The notes below the pieces were generated by a model. The model saw nothing but the letters and a program-made list of their open reading frames with translations, was not told the origin of the DNA and did not search any database. Of a DNA stretch of 64,000 bases, positions 53,025 to 64,000 are shown in pieces. The stretch's first letter is position 1, and every line of letters starts with the position of its first letter. The translations under genes and the position numbers were made by a program. Origin of the DNA: Macrostomum lignano (taxonomy: Eukaryota); NCBI GenBank assembly GCA_002269645.1, contig NIVC01000301.1:480460-544459 (forward strand), written 5' to 3'.

Positions 53025-54640
53025 CGGTAACCGTCCCTGCATCCCAACCTCCCCACAGTAGCTTCTCTGCATCCCACCCTCCCCTCAGTAGCCTCTCTGC
53101 ATCCCACCCTCCCCACAGTAGCCTCCCTGCATCCCACCCTCCCCACAGTAGCTTCTCTGCATCCCACCCTCCCCACAGTAGCTTCTCTGCATCCCACCCT
53201 CCCCTCAGTAGCCTCCCTGCATCCCACCCTCCCCTCAGTAGCCTCCCTGCATCCCACCCTCCCCACAGTAGCTTCCCTGCATCCCACCCTCCCCACAGTA
53301 GCTTCTCTGCATCCCACCCTCCCCTCAGTAGCCTCCCTGCATCCCACCCTCCCCACAGTAGCTTCCCTGCATCCCACCCTCCCCACAGTAGCTTCTCTGC
53401 ATCCCACCCTCCCCTCAGTAGCCTCCCTGCATCCCAACCTCCCCACAGTAGCCTCCCTGCATCCCACCCTCCCCACAGTAGCTTCTCTGCATCCCACCCT
53501 CCCCTCAGTAGCCTCCCTGCATCCCACCCTCCCCACAGTAGCTTCCCTGCATCCCACCCTCCCCACAGTAGCTTCTCTGCATCCCACCCTCCCCTCAGTA
53601 GCCTCCCTGCATCCCACCCTCCCCACAGTAGCTTCCCTGCATCCCAACCTCCCCACAGTAGCCTCCCTGCATCCCACCCTCCCCACAGTAGCTTCTCTGC
53701 ATCCCACCCTCCCCTCAGTAGCCTCCCTGCATCCCACCCTCCCCACAGTAGCTTCCCTGCATCCCACCCTCCCCACAGTAGCTTCTCTGCATCCCACCCT
53801 CCCCTCAGTAGCCTCCCTGCATCCCAACCTCCCCACAGTAGCCTCCCTGCATCCCACCCTCCCCACAGTAGCTTCTCTGCATCCCACCCTCCCCACAGTA
53901 CCCGTCCCTGCATCCCACCCTCCCCACAGTACCCGTCCCTGCATCCCAACCTCCCCACAGTAGCTTCTCTGCATCCCACCCTCCCTCAGTAGCCTCCCTG
54001 CATCCCACCCTCCCCTCAGTAGCCTCCCTGCATCCCACCCTCCCCACAGTAGCTTCCCTGCATCCCACCCTCCCCACAGTAGCTTCTCTGCATCCCACCC
54101 TCCCCTCAGTAGCCTCCCTGCATCCCAACCTCCCCACAGTAGCCTCCCTGCATCCCACCCTCCCCACAGTAGCTTCTCTGCATCCCACCCTCCCCACAGT
54201 ACCCGTCCCTGCATCCCACCCTCCCCACAGTACCCGTCCCTGCATCCCAACCTCCCCACAGTAGCTTCTCTGCATCCCACCCTCCCCTCAGTAGCCTCCC
54301 TGCATCCCACCCTCCCCTCAGTAGCCTCTCTGCATCCCACCCTCCCCACAGTAGCCTCCCTGCATCCCACCCTCCCCACAGTACCCGTCCCTGCATCCCA
54401 TCCTCCCCACAGTACCCGTCCCTGCATCCCACCCTCCCCACAGTACCCGTCCCTGCATCCCACCCTCCCCACAGTACCCGTCCCTGCATCCCACCCTCCC
54501 CACAGTACCCGTCCCTGCATCCCACCCTCCCCACAGTACCCGTCCCTGCATCCCACCCTCCCCACAGTACCCGTCCCTGCATCCCACCCTCCCCACAGTA
54601 CCCGTCCCTGCATCCCACCTTCCCCACAGTACCCTCTGCC
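53025..54640. repeat. 30-bp C-rich minisatellite, >50 copies
   Basis: Unit CTGCATCCCACCCTCCCCACAGTAGCTTCT, with GCCTCC and CCCGTCC variants. Confidence 0.97.
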
Positions 54641-54877
54641 ACACCCGCCCTGCATCCTATGATTCCCTATCCCAGTTGCAGTACCCAGAAGCACCCAACA
54701 GTTCAGCCAGCGATTCTCCCCCCTGCAGTTTGCAGCCCAGCCCGCACCGCAAGCACCAGCAGCTCTGACACTCCCTGACACCCCGGCAGCAGCACCCGAA
54801 TGACCGGTCGGCACTGATCGTTGGGCCGCCATCCGCACAGGCTATTAAATGTCCCACACGGCAGTGCAGCCGTCCAC

Positions 54878-57800
54878 ATGGAGAAGCCGCCACATCCGCA
54901 GCAGCAGCAGCAGCTGTTAACTGGGGCCGTCAGTTTGCGCTCAAAGAAGCCCGCCGGTCCCGCCGGCCGTTTCGCCGGCTCGGGTGCCGCCGCCGCGGCC
55001 GCAGCGGCCGCTGTCGCCGCAGCCCAGGATCGGGGAGTGTCTTGCAAGAGCATCGTTTCGTTGAATAACTGGACTGATTTTTTCGGTGAGAATGGTGTGC
55101 TTAACTTAGGGCTTTATTGGTTTCTGTTAAGCCTTTACCTCTTAATCGCCTCTTAGCATCATCAAGAATCGCCCCTTAGCATCATCATGAATCGTCTCTT
55201 AAAATAATGAAAAATCGCCCCTTAGCATCATCAAGAATCGCCCATTAGCATCATTAAGAATCACTCCTTATCATCATCGTCATCATCATCATCATCATGA
55301 ATCACCCTTAGCATCATCAAGAATCGCCCATTAGCATCATTAAGAATCACTCCTTATCATCATCGTCATCATCATCATCATCATGAATCACCCTTAGCAT
55401 CATCAAGAATCGCCCATTAGCATCATTAAGAATCACTCCTTATCATCATCGTCATCATCATCATCATGAATCACCCTTAGCATCATCAAGAATCTCCCCT
55501 TAGCATCGTCAAGAATCGCCCCTTAGCATCGTCAAGAATCTCCCCTTAGCATAATCAAGAGTCGCCATGCCCACGAGAATCGCCATTCACCTTCAAATGT
55601 TCACCTCACGGTGCAGTCAGTCTCTATTTACTTACACCAGTTCGTTCGCTGGTCTGAAATCGGCTAAGGACACAGTGAACTTGCAACTTAGCATCTGTAT
55701 ATCACGGGTGCTGCACCGCAGTGGCTTCAGCTTACATAATATGAGATATGAGAGCGGGACTGACTCATACCACACAGACAGGCAAACTCGAACATCTACT
55801 GGTAGCACAGTGTGTGTCACTCAGCCAGCCAGCCAGCCAGCCGTTACCGCGCATTGCGCAAAAGTGCACCGGAATGACTCACTCTAAGTGTTCGAGGCCA
55901 GTAGGGTTTGGGAGAGTGGGGAATTCCCCCCAGCTATTGGTGCCTTCCTGGCACCTACGCATGTGTTGGGGAGAAGGGAGCGCGACTGTGGAATATAATT
56001 GGCACTCTGCCCCGTGCTTATTGTTGAACTGCTCAAATCAACTTCTAGATATAGAAGACTTTTCTAAATTTATCTGACCTGACTTATAACTATCAGAATC
56101 ATTAACGGTATATCATATTAACTACTTAGCAACAAATAGAATACTGTAATTACTGGATACTGTAATATAGTGTACTGTAATTACTGGATACTGTAATATA
56201 GTGTACTGTAATTACTGGATACTGTAATATAGTGTGCTGTAATTACTGGATACTGTAATATAGTGTACTGTAATTAATGGATACTGTAATACGAACGTAT
56301 TGGATGCTATAATGAGCTTCGGAGAGCTAGATAAGGACATCAGCTTCTCTCTCTCTTATTCCCCATCCCATGGCGCAGTTAAGCAGGAGGCGCCAGTCAG
56401 TCCAGAAACTTGTGTGCTCAAGTTGAGTTGGCTGGCGGTTGGGCGAGCTGGAGGGCAGAGGGGGGAAGCCAAGGCTGGGGAGTTTCGGGAGTTAAACAAA
56501 ATCGAATTCGGTCGGGCCTCTGTCAGTTCAACTAATGGAGCTGCAATTTTTTGCTGGGTTTATTCGCATGCGGCGAATTCGCTACTGACTACTGGCCAAA
56601 CTGTCATCAGTAGACAGTGCAGTGTTTTCATCTCTTCAGCTGCTTTGACATAGGGGAGGCAAGAGGACACTGCGAAGAAATCTGGAGAGGAAAGGGAAGC
56701 TGTAGGGAGAGGAGAGGGAAGCTGTAGGGAGAGAAGAGGGAAGCTGTAGGGAGAAGTTGGCAGTCCAGGTTCTCGGTTCCAGGTGTCCTTGTGCAGAGCT
56801 ACAATATACAGCAGTTGGGCACGTTGGCTGCGCGAAAATTTGCTCGCTAACTGGCTGGTCGACCCGCGCCTTTTCCATTCAGGCGCGGGCAATTCATTCA
56901 CAGCAGCCTGGGGCTTCGCCTGCCTTCCTGATCCCCAGTTGGCTGTCGAGGGAGGGAATGAGGAACGAGGACAAAGCCGCATTCCACTGCGGGGATTTTG
57001 TAGGGAAGAAGGGATGAGGGAGACTAGGGAAGTTCGGGAGCCGAGAGGCTTTTGGTGGGTGAAGATTTGCGGCTGGTGGCTTCTCTGCCAACCCATCCCC
57101 CTGGCGGCCAAGTGCTGCGCGGTACGAGCTGGTTGCTGTCTGGCTGTACGGTTAGCGGCATTTGGGCCGGCTGCCGCCTTCATATTGTGTATATATAATG
57201 TGTGTTGCTGGCCCCTAGTCTAGTGCACAAAAGTGCAGCCAGGGCAATTCTAACTTGTGCAAGCTGAAGCTACGAGTTTGGAAAGATCTGCTAAAATCAA
57301 CATAGAAGAAATTTTTATCATCGAGTTAAAAACTTCACTCTGTAAACGGTGAGTGATCTTTTAAGTATCGGTTTATATTGGTTTCATAGGCTGAGGAGAG
57401 GAGAATAAAGGAGAGGTGAGGTGAGGAGAGGAGAGAGGAGAGGTGAGAAGAGAGGAGAGGAGAGGAGAGGAGAGAAGAGAGGAGAAGAGAGATGATGAGA
57501 GGAGAGAGGAGAGGAGAGGTGAGGTGAGGTGAGGAGAGGAGAGGAGAGATGATGAGAGGAGAGAGGAGAGGAGAGGTGAGGTGAGGTGAGGAGAGGAGAG
57601 GAGAGATGATGAGAGGAGAGAGGAGAGGAGAGGTGAGGTGAGGTGAGGTGAGGTGAGGAGAGGAGAGGAGAGATGATGAGAGGAGAGAGGAGAGGAGAGG
57701 TGAGGTGAGGTGAGGAGAGGAGAGGAGAGATGATGAGAGGAGAGAGGAGAGGAGAGGTGAGGTGAGGTGAGGAGAGGAGAGGAGAGATGATGAGAGGAGA

Positions 57801-59771
57801 GAGGAGAGGAGAAGAGAGATGATGAGAGGAGAGAGGAGAGGAGAGAAGAAAAAGAGAAAAGAAGAGAAGAGAGGAGAGAGGACAGGAGAGAGGAGAGGAG
57901 AGAAGAAAAAGAGAAGAGAAGAGAGGACGAGAGAGGAGAGGAGAGGAGAGGAGAGAAGAAAAGAAAGGAGAGAAGAGAGGAGAGGAGAGAGTTAGAGAGT
58001 AGGGGTTGTAGCCTAGTGGATAGAGCTGACTCACGAATTGAAGGTCGTGGGTTCGATTCCCGATCCCACTGGAACAATTTGTGTCTTTGAGCAAGGCATT
58101 TAACTCTGTATTGCTTTAGTTCACCCAGCTATTAAATGGGTGCCAGCATTAGCTGGGGTAATTGAGGGTGTGTGGCGACCCCCCAGTCCTTGGACTGAAC
58201 AGCCGTACTCAGCCTTCAGATGCGCCACGCAATAGCTACGGCTGAGCTCCCCCGCCCCCCCCCCCCCCTACTTGAAGATATTCTTACGACTTTATCTATA
58301 AATACTTGCTAAATTATTGCTCAATAGCGGGGCGCATTTCTCATCTTTTGGCGCGTGTGCTGTGCAGAGAGAGAGAGAGAGAGAGAGAGCGCTCAGCAGA
58401 TAAGCTCAACTCTGACGTCGGCACCTTTTCTGTGCTATTAATTGATTTTTCAGCGCCATCGAGTCTTCTGTACTCGGCTTGTCTGTGCTCTGTCCAGGGC
58501 TCATCGAATTCTCAGTTCCCGTCCTGCTTTCCAGGGCTAACATTCTCCCCTCCCCATATTAAAATCCTCGCTGTTCTCTATCTCCCTCTCGATCCTCTCC
58601 TCTTCTTGGCCTCTACCCAGTGTACTTGGCGTCTCGCTTCATTCCTCAGGCCTTCCTTTTCCTCCCCAGTTACGTAACCACCATGGCCGGCTTCCCCTCC
58701 CATGCATTCGGGTGCCGCCTGCCTCTAAAAACTGACGAGCTGCAAATCCTCTCTGGCCAGCGCCAGCTATGCAGCTTGGGGGGCCTCAGCGAATCCCCGG
58801 GCATTGGCATTCTCCCCCAGATCCTCATTTTTTCTGCCATTTTTCCCTTCAAGCCCCGGCCCAGCGGGTCTGCAATCAGTTTCTCACTGTCCCGCTCAGC
58901 TCCGCAGTTGCTGAAGCAGATCGGAAACTACTATTGCCCGCCTCCCCGCCGCCGCTGCAGGGTCCTCTCTTGACCTCTCGTCCAACGTCCTGACCGAGTT
59001 TGACACCGCGGCCACCGAACCGTCGTCAGCCTCGCGAACCGTCGAAGGCGAAGGCGAAGGCGAAGAGGCCGACGACGAAGGCGAAGAAGACGAGAACGAG
59101 GAGGAGGAGGAGGACCTCGGCGACCTGCTCGATCCCACAGACGTGGTGGTGCTGACCAACCGGCAGATCATCGGTCGCAGGGCCTCCGCCAGTCTGGTCG
59201 GCGGCTCTTCTCGCCAGTCCCGCGCGTCGCCCTCAGCAACAGCGGCCAGCGCCGAGCAGCAGGCCGCAGCTGCCCAGCAGCAGAAGTCTTTCAGCCCGCA
59301 GCACACGGCTGCGCAGTCAGCCAGTCAGTCCTTTGTCGCCAGCCGCGGCTATCAAACTCTGCCGGCGAGATCAAAGGCCCGGCAACCGCCGCCGCCGCCT
59401 CAGCAGCAGACGGCCGAGGCAACAGCGGAAGTTCAGTCCGCGGCTCTGAACAGCTCGCCCAGCCTGCCGCTGTCTGCCAGCCAGTGCGGTCCCAGCAGCC
59501 TGCGGCAGGCGGCCTGCCCCATGCCGGCCTCCACTATGCAGGGCGCCGGCGGCTCCTCCTGCTCCCTGCCGGTGGGCAGCGGGCCAGGCGGCGGCTTCGA
59601 CGGCGGCGGATCAGCCAATCCGACCGAGCCCTGGCAGCGGGTGGTGGCCGAGATCGTCACCACCGAGGCCGCCTACGTTAAGGACCTGGCCGTGCTGGTT
59701 GATGTGAGTGGCCGCTGATCGGGGCAGACACTAAGACAGACAGACGGACAGACAGACAGACAGACAGACGG

Positions 59772-59821
<50 letters not shown>

Positions 59822-59904
59822 CAGACAGACAGACACACAGAGACAGACCAGACAGACAGACCAGACAGACAGACACACACACACAGACAGGCAGACACAG
59901 ACAG

Positions 59905-59942
<38 letters not shown>

Positions 59943-60033
59943 CAGACAGACAGACACACAGAGACAGACCAGACAGACAGACCAGACAGACAGACACACA
60001 CACACAGACAGGCAGACACAGACAGACACAGGC

Positions 60034-60066
<33 letters not shown>

Positions 60067-60119
60067 GGCAGACAGACAGGCAGGCAGACAGACAGACAGA
60101 CAGACAGGCAGGCAGACCC

Positions 60120-60198
<79 letters not shown>

Positions 60199-63100
60199 TA
60201 GGCAGGCAGACAGACAGACAGTCGGACTCACTGACACCCGTCCCCATCCGCATCCCAGGGCTACATATCGCCCATGAAGCAGGAGCGACAGCTGTTCTCA
60301 GAGGACACGGTGAACACGGTGTTCAGCAATCTCGAGAGCCTGTGCGAATTTCATCGCGGGCTCCTGCGCCGCCTTGAGCGGCACCAGCGCAGCCTGCGCG
60401 ACTTTTCCCAGGTGTTCGTGGACAGCCTGGCCGGCTTCCAGCAGTACGGAATCTACTGCATAAACTTCCCCAGGTGAGGCTCGGAGAGGAAGCAGAGAGG
60501 AAGGGGAAGAGAGGGGGTAGAAGAGGAATGGAGGGAGTGAGAGGGAGGGGATGAGGGAGAGGAGGGAGGGGATGAGGGAGAGGAGGGAGGGGATGAGGGA
60601 TAGGAGGGAGGGGATGAGGGAGAGGAGGGAGGGGATGAGGGAGAGGAGGGAGGGGATGAGGGAGAGGAGGGAGGGGATGCGGGAGAGGAGGGAGGGGATG
60701 AGGGAGAGGAGGGAGGGGATGAGGGAGAGGAGGGAGGGGATGCGGGAGAGGAGGGAGGGGATGAGGGAGAGGAGGGAGGGGATGAGGGAAAGAAGGGAGG
60801 GGATGAGGGAGAGGAGGGAGGGGATGAGGGAAAGGAGGGAGGGGATGAGGGAGAGGAGGGAGGGGATGAGGGAGAGGAGGGAGGGGATGAGGGAGAGGAG
60901 GGAGGGGATGAGGGAGAGGAGGGAGGGGATGCGGGAGAGGAGGGAGGGATGAGGGAGAGGAGGGAGGGGATGAGGGAGAGGAGGGAGGGGATGAGGGAGA
61001 GGAGGGAGGGGATGAGGGAGAGGAGGGAGGGGATGAGGGAGAGGAGGGAGGGGATGAGGGAGAGGAGGGAGGGGATGGGGATAGGAGGGAGGGGATGAGG
61101 GAGAGGAGGGAGGGGATGAGGGATAGGAGGGAGGGGATGAGGGAGAGGAGGGAGGGGATGAGGGAGAGGAGGGAGGGGATGAGGGAGAGGAGGGAGGGGA
61201 TGAGGGAGAGGAGGGAGGGGATGAGGGAAAGGAGGGAGGGGATGAGGGAGAGAAGGCAGAATGAAGAATGTGAAGCGGGAAACTGCAGTCCATGCGGACT
61301 CATTGACAATACCGCATCACTTAGTCTATCGCATCCCCCCTGCAGCTCCCTGGCCCACCTAGAGGAGGTTCAATCTCAGTCCGAGGCCAGGGCCTACCTG
61401 TCTGCCCGCCAGCAAGCCCTGGAGCTGTGCCTGCCTCTGCAGACCTACCTGCTGAAGCCAGTGCAGCGGATACTCAAATACCACCTGCTGCTCATGGTGA
61501 GTCCTTGGATGCTTGCTTGCCGCTGCGCCAGTTCTCTTTGCTGTTTGCCAGCCCCTGGTAAACACGGGGCCGCGTGCCACTGGTTAAACTCTCCTTCGAT
61601 GAACAACTGGCGATGTTTTCTAAACCAATTTGCCTTCAAATCTGCCCGCTCCGCCCCTTGTGGAAATCCGCCGCACTGAATAGAATCCGCCCCTGTTCCG
61701 CCCCCTAACGGCTTGTATAAATCCGCCCCTGTTCTGCCCCTAACGGCCTGTATAAATCCGCCCCTGTTCTGCCCCTAACGGCCTGTATAAATCCGCCCCT
61801 GTTCTGCCCCTAACGGCCTGTATAAATCCGCCCCTGTTCTGCCCCTAAACGGCTTGTATAAATCCGCCCCTGTTCTGCCCCTAACGGCCTGTATAAATCC
61901 GCCCCTGTTCTGCCCCTAACGGCCTGTATAAATCCGCCCCTGTTCTGCCCCTAAACGGCTTGTATAAATCCGCCCCTGTTCTGCCCCTAACGGCCTGTAT
62001 GAATCCGCCCCTGTTCCGCCCCTAACGGCTTGTATGAATCCGCCCCTGTTCCGCCCCTACCGGCTTGTATAAATCCGCCCCTGTTCCGCCCCCTAACGGC
62101 TTGTATAAATCCGCCCCTGTTCCGCCCCCAACGGCTTGTATAAATCCGCCCCTGTTCCGCCCCTACCGGCTTGTATAAATCCGCCCCTGTTCCGCCCCCT
62201 AACGGCTTGTATGAATCCGCCCCTGTTCCGCCCCTACCGGCTTGTATAAATTCGCCCCTGATCCGCCCCCTAACGGCTTGTATAAATCCGCCCCTGTTCC
62301 GCCCCCTAACGGCTTGTATAAATCCGCCCCTGTTCCGCCCCCTAACGGCTTGGATAAATCCGCCCCTGTTCCGCCCCCTAACGGCTTGTATAAATCCGCT
62401 CCTATTTCGGTCTTAGAAAGTTCTTAGAAATCCGCTACAATCCGCCCCTAAAGCTGTCCATAAATCCGCTCCTGTTCCGCCCCTGCTTCTTCTAGGTTTG
62501 CTAAATCCACCCTGAATCTCACCTTAGTAATATATGGATTTGCCTTCATGGAAATTCTGTATTTTCAACTATCCGCCCTCCTCCGCCCCAGAGCCTGCAG
62601 AAATCCGCCCCCAGCGGCGACGCCGATCGGCACATCAAGGCCGCCCTGGACGGCATGACCGGCATCGCCTCGGACATCAACGAGGTGCAGCGCCGGCACG
62701 AGCACGCGCTCCGGGTGGAGGAGCTCAAGTCGCTGCTGAAGTCCGCCCACCTGGACATCGGCAGCCTGGGTGAGCTGGTGCGCGAGGACAGCTTTCGCAT
62801 CCACGGGCACAAGGGCGCCCGCCAGGTGTTCCTCTTCCACAAGGCCATCCTGCTCACCAAGCGGCTGCAGAACGGCTGCCTGGCCATCAAGGAGATCATC
62901 CGCTGCGCCAACCTCATGCTCATCGAGTCCATTCCCAAGGAGCAGCTCAGCTTCCACATTCTGCCATTCGACAATCCCAAATGCCAGCTCACCCTGCAGG
63001 CCCGCCGCATCGATCAGAAGGCGCAGTGGTGCCGCGACATCAAGCGGCTCATTATTGAGAACTACGAGGCCACAATACCGGAGAAGGCCAAGCACATTGT

Positions 63101-63424
63101 GCTCAACATGAGCGAGCTGTTGAACCAGAACTGCAACGGAGCCGCCGCCGCAGCCGCGCCTGCCACGGTCGCCGAGTCGCAGTCGCCTCCGCCATCTGGC
63201 CGGCGCCGCAATCATTCGTCCGGCAGGCGGGAGCTGCACATCTCCTCACCTGAGCGGCCCGCTGCCGGACTGCGCCGGAACAACTCGGACGAGCAGCTGG
63301 AGGTGGCCGCCCCCTTGCAGCGGTCGCGCCCCGTCTCCCGCTGCTACTCCAGCACTGAGGACCTCGGCGACCTGCTCCGCTATCATGAGGAGGCGCTCAA
63401 GGAGATCTTCACCAGGACTACCAG
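54878..63424 (+). CDS. DH-PH Rho guanine-nucleotide exchange factor, PLEKHG1/2/3 family (3' end beyond the window)
   Basis: Exons 54878-55085 (putative first), 58961-59703, 60259-60473, 61346-61496, 62592-63424; phases compatible. DH motifs [40 protein letters not shown]; PH domain and LIIENY...[12 protein letters not shown] are typical of PLEKHG proteins. The first exon is less certain. Confidence 0.9.
55155..55562. repeat. Compound 23-bp/(ATC)n minisatellite
   Basis: TTAGCATCATCAAGAATCGCCCC units, organised in higher-order ~80-bp blocks. Confidence 0.9.
56142..56290. repeat. 31-bp minisatellite, ~5 copies
   Basis: Unit TACTGTAATTACTGGATACTGTAATATAGTG. Confidence 0.92.
57390..57995. repeat. 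(GAGAG/GTGAG)n purine-rich simple repeat
   Basis: Direct reading. Confidence 0.95.
57998..58255 (+). mobile_element. tRNA-derived SINE
   Basis: A-box GTAGCCTAGTGG, B-box GGGTTCGATTCCC, followed by the body TTGAGCAAGGCATTTAAC...AAATGGGT typical of tRNA-head SINEs; no tRNA acceptor stem. Confidence 0.75.
59720..60222. repeat. (CAGA)n microsatellite filling a RhoGEF intron
   Basis: Direct reading. Confidence 0.97.
60535..61255. repeat. 21-bp G-rich minisatellite filling a RhoGEF intron
   Basis: Unit GAGGGAGAGGAGGGAGGGGAT. Confidence 0.97.
61685..62402. repeat. 33-34-bp minisatellite filling a RhoGEF intron
   Basis: Unit AATCCGCCCCTGTTCYGCCCCTAACGGCYTGTATA. Confidence 0.96.
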
Positions 63425-63477
63425 GTTTGCTATTCGAATGAATTTCGAGTTCGGGAGTTGTCCTTATATACACCTGA

Positions 63478-64000
63478 GAACCGCCCCGAAGTCATCCTGA
63501 GAATCGCCCCGAAGTCACACTGAGAATCGCCCCGAAGTCACACTGAGAATCGCCCCCAAATCACCCTGAGAATCGCCCCGAAGTCACACTGAGAATCGCC
63601 CCGAAGTCACCCTGAGAATCGCCCCGAAGTCTCACTGAGAATCGCCCCGAAGTCACCCTGAGAATCGCCCTGAAGTCTCACTGAGAATCGCCCGAAGTCT
63701 CACTGAGAATCGCCCCGAAGTCACCCTGAGAATCGCCCCGAAGTCTCACTGAGAATCGCCCCGAAGTCACCCTGAGAATCGCCCGAAGTCACACTGAGAA
63801 TCGCCCCCAAATCACCCTGAGAATCGCCCCCAAATCACCCTGAGAATCGCCCGAAGTCACACTGAGAATCGCCCCAAAAGCACTCTGAGAATTGCCTCAA
63901 AATCACCCTAAGCATCGCCCCGAAGTCACCCTGAGAATCGCCCGAAGTCACACTGAGAATCGCCCCGACGTCTCACTGAGAATCGCCCCCAAATCACCAT
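63478..64000. repeat. 22-23-bp minisatellite in a RhoGEF intron
   Basis: Unit CTGAGAATCGCCCCGAAGTCACC. Confidence 0.95.

Noticed and set aside
52970-54838. 622-aa and 325-aa ORFs
   Set aside because: They are stop-free readings of a 30-bp repeat.
57998-58075. tRNA gene
   Set aside because: It has A/B boxes but no proper cloverleaf, and it continues into a SINE-type body.
59673-61309. Long SVCL / PPLPH / MRERREG ORFs
   Set aside because: They are intronic simple-repeat translations.

Overview
This is metazoan genomic DNA with spliced genes, short GT-AG introns and minisatellite-filled introns; a free-living flatworm such as Macrostomum is plausible but only inferred. The window has four zones. 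(1) 0.5-24.5 kb is a tandem and inverted cluster of divergent Cys-loop (nAChR-like, cation-type GER motif) channel subunit genes sharing a 6-exon layout: four intact, one intact but lacking an in-frame ATG, one clear pseudogene, and one orphan exon relic. None retains the canonical ACh-binding loop B Trp or loop C Cys-Cys, yet a 58-nt stretch encoding the M2 pore helix is identical at DNA level in all six copies. (2) 26.2-33.8 kb: what the ORF track shows as separate ankyrin and caspase ORFs splices in frame (intron phases 2/1/2 in both copies) into two tandem ~825-aa proteins with architecture ANK-block, linker, ANK-block, caspase, each with an intact His/Cys dyad. This is the strongest candidate for an undescribed system. 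(3) 34-48 kb holds a secreted TULIP/group-7-allergen-like gene, MITEs, LINE fragments, a dead mariner and satellites. (4) 54.9-64 kb is the 5' part of a PLEKHG-like DH-PH RhoGEF whose introns are each filled by a different tandem repeat. All gene models are hand-spliced from the sequence and need RNA-seq confirmation.
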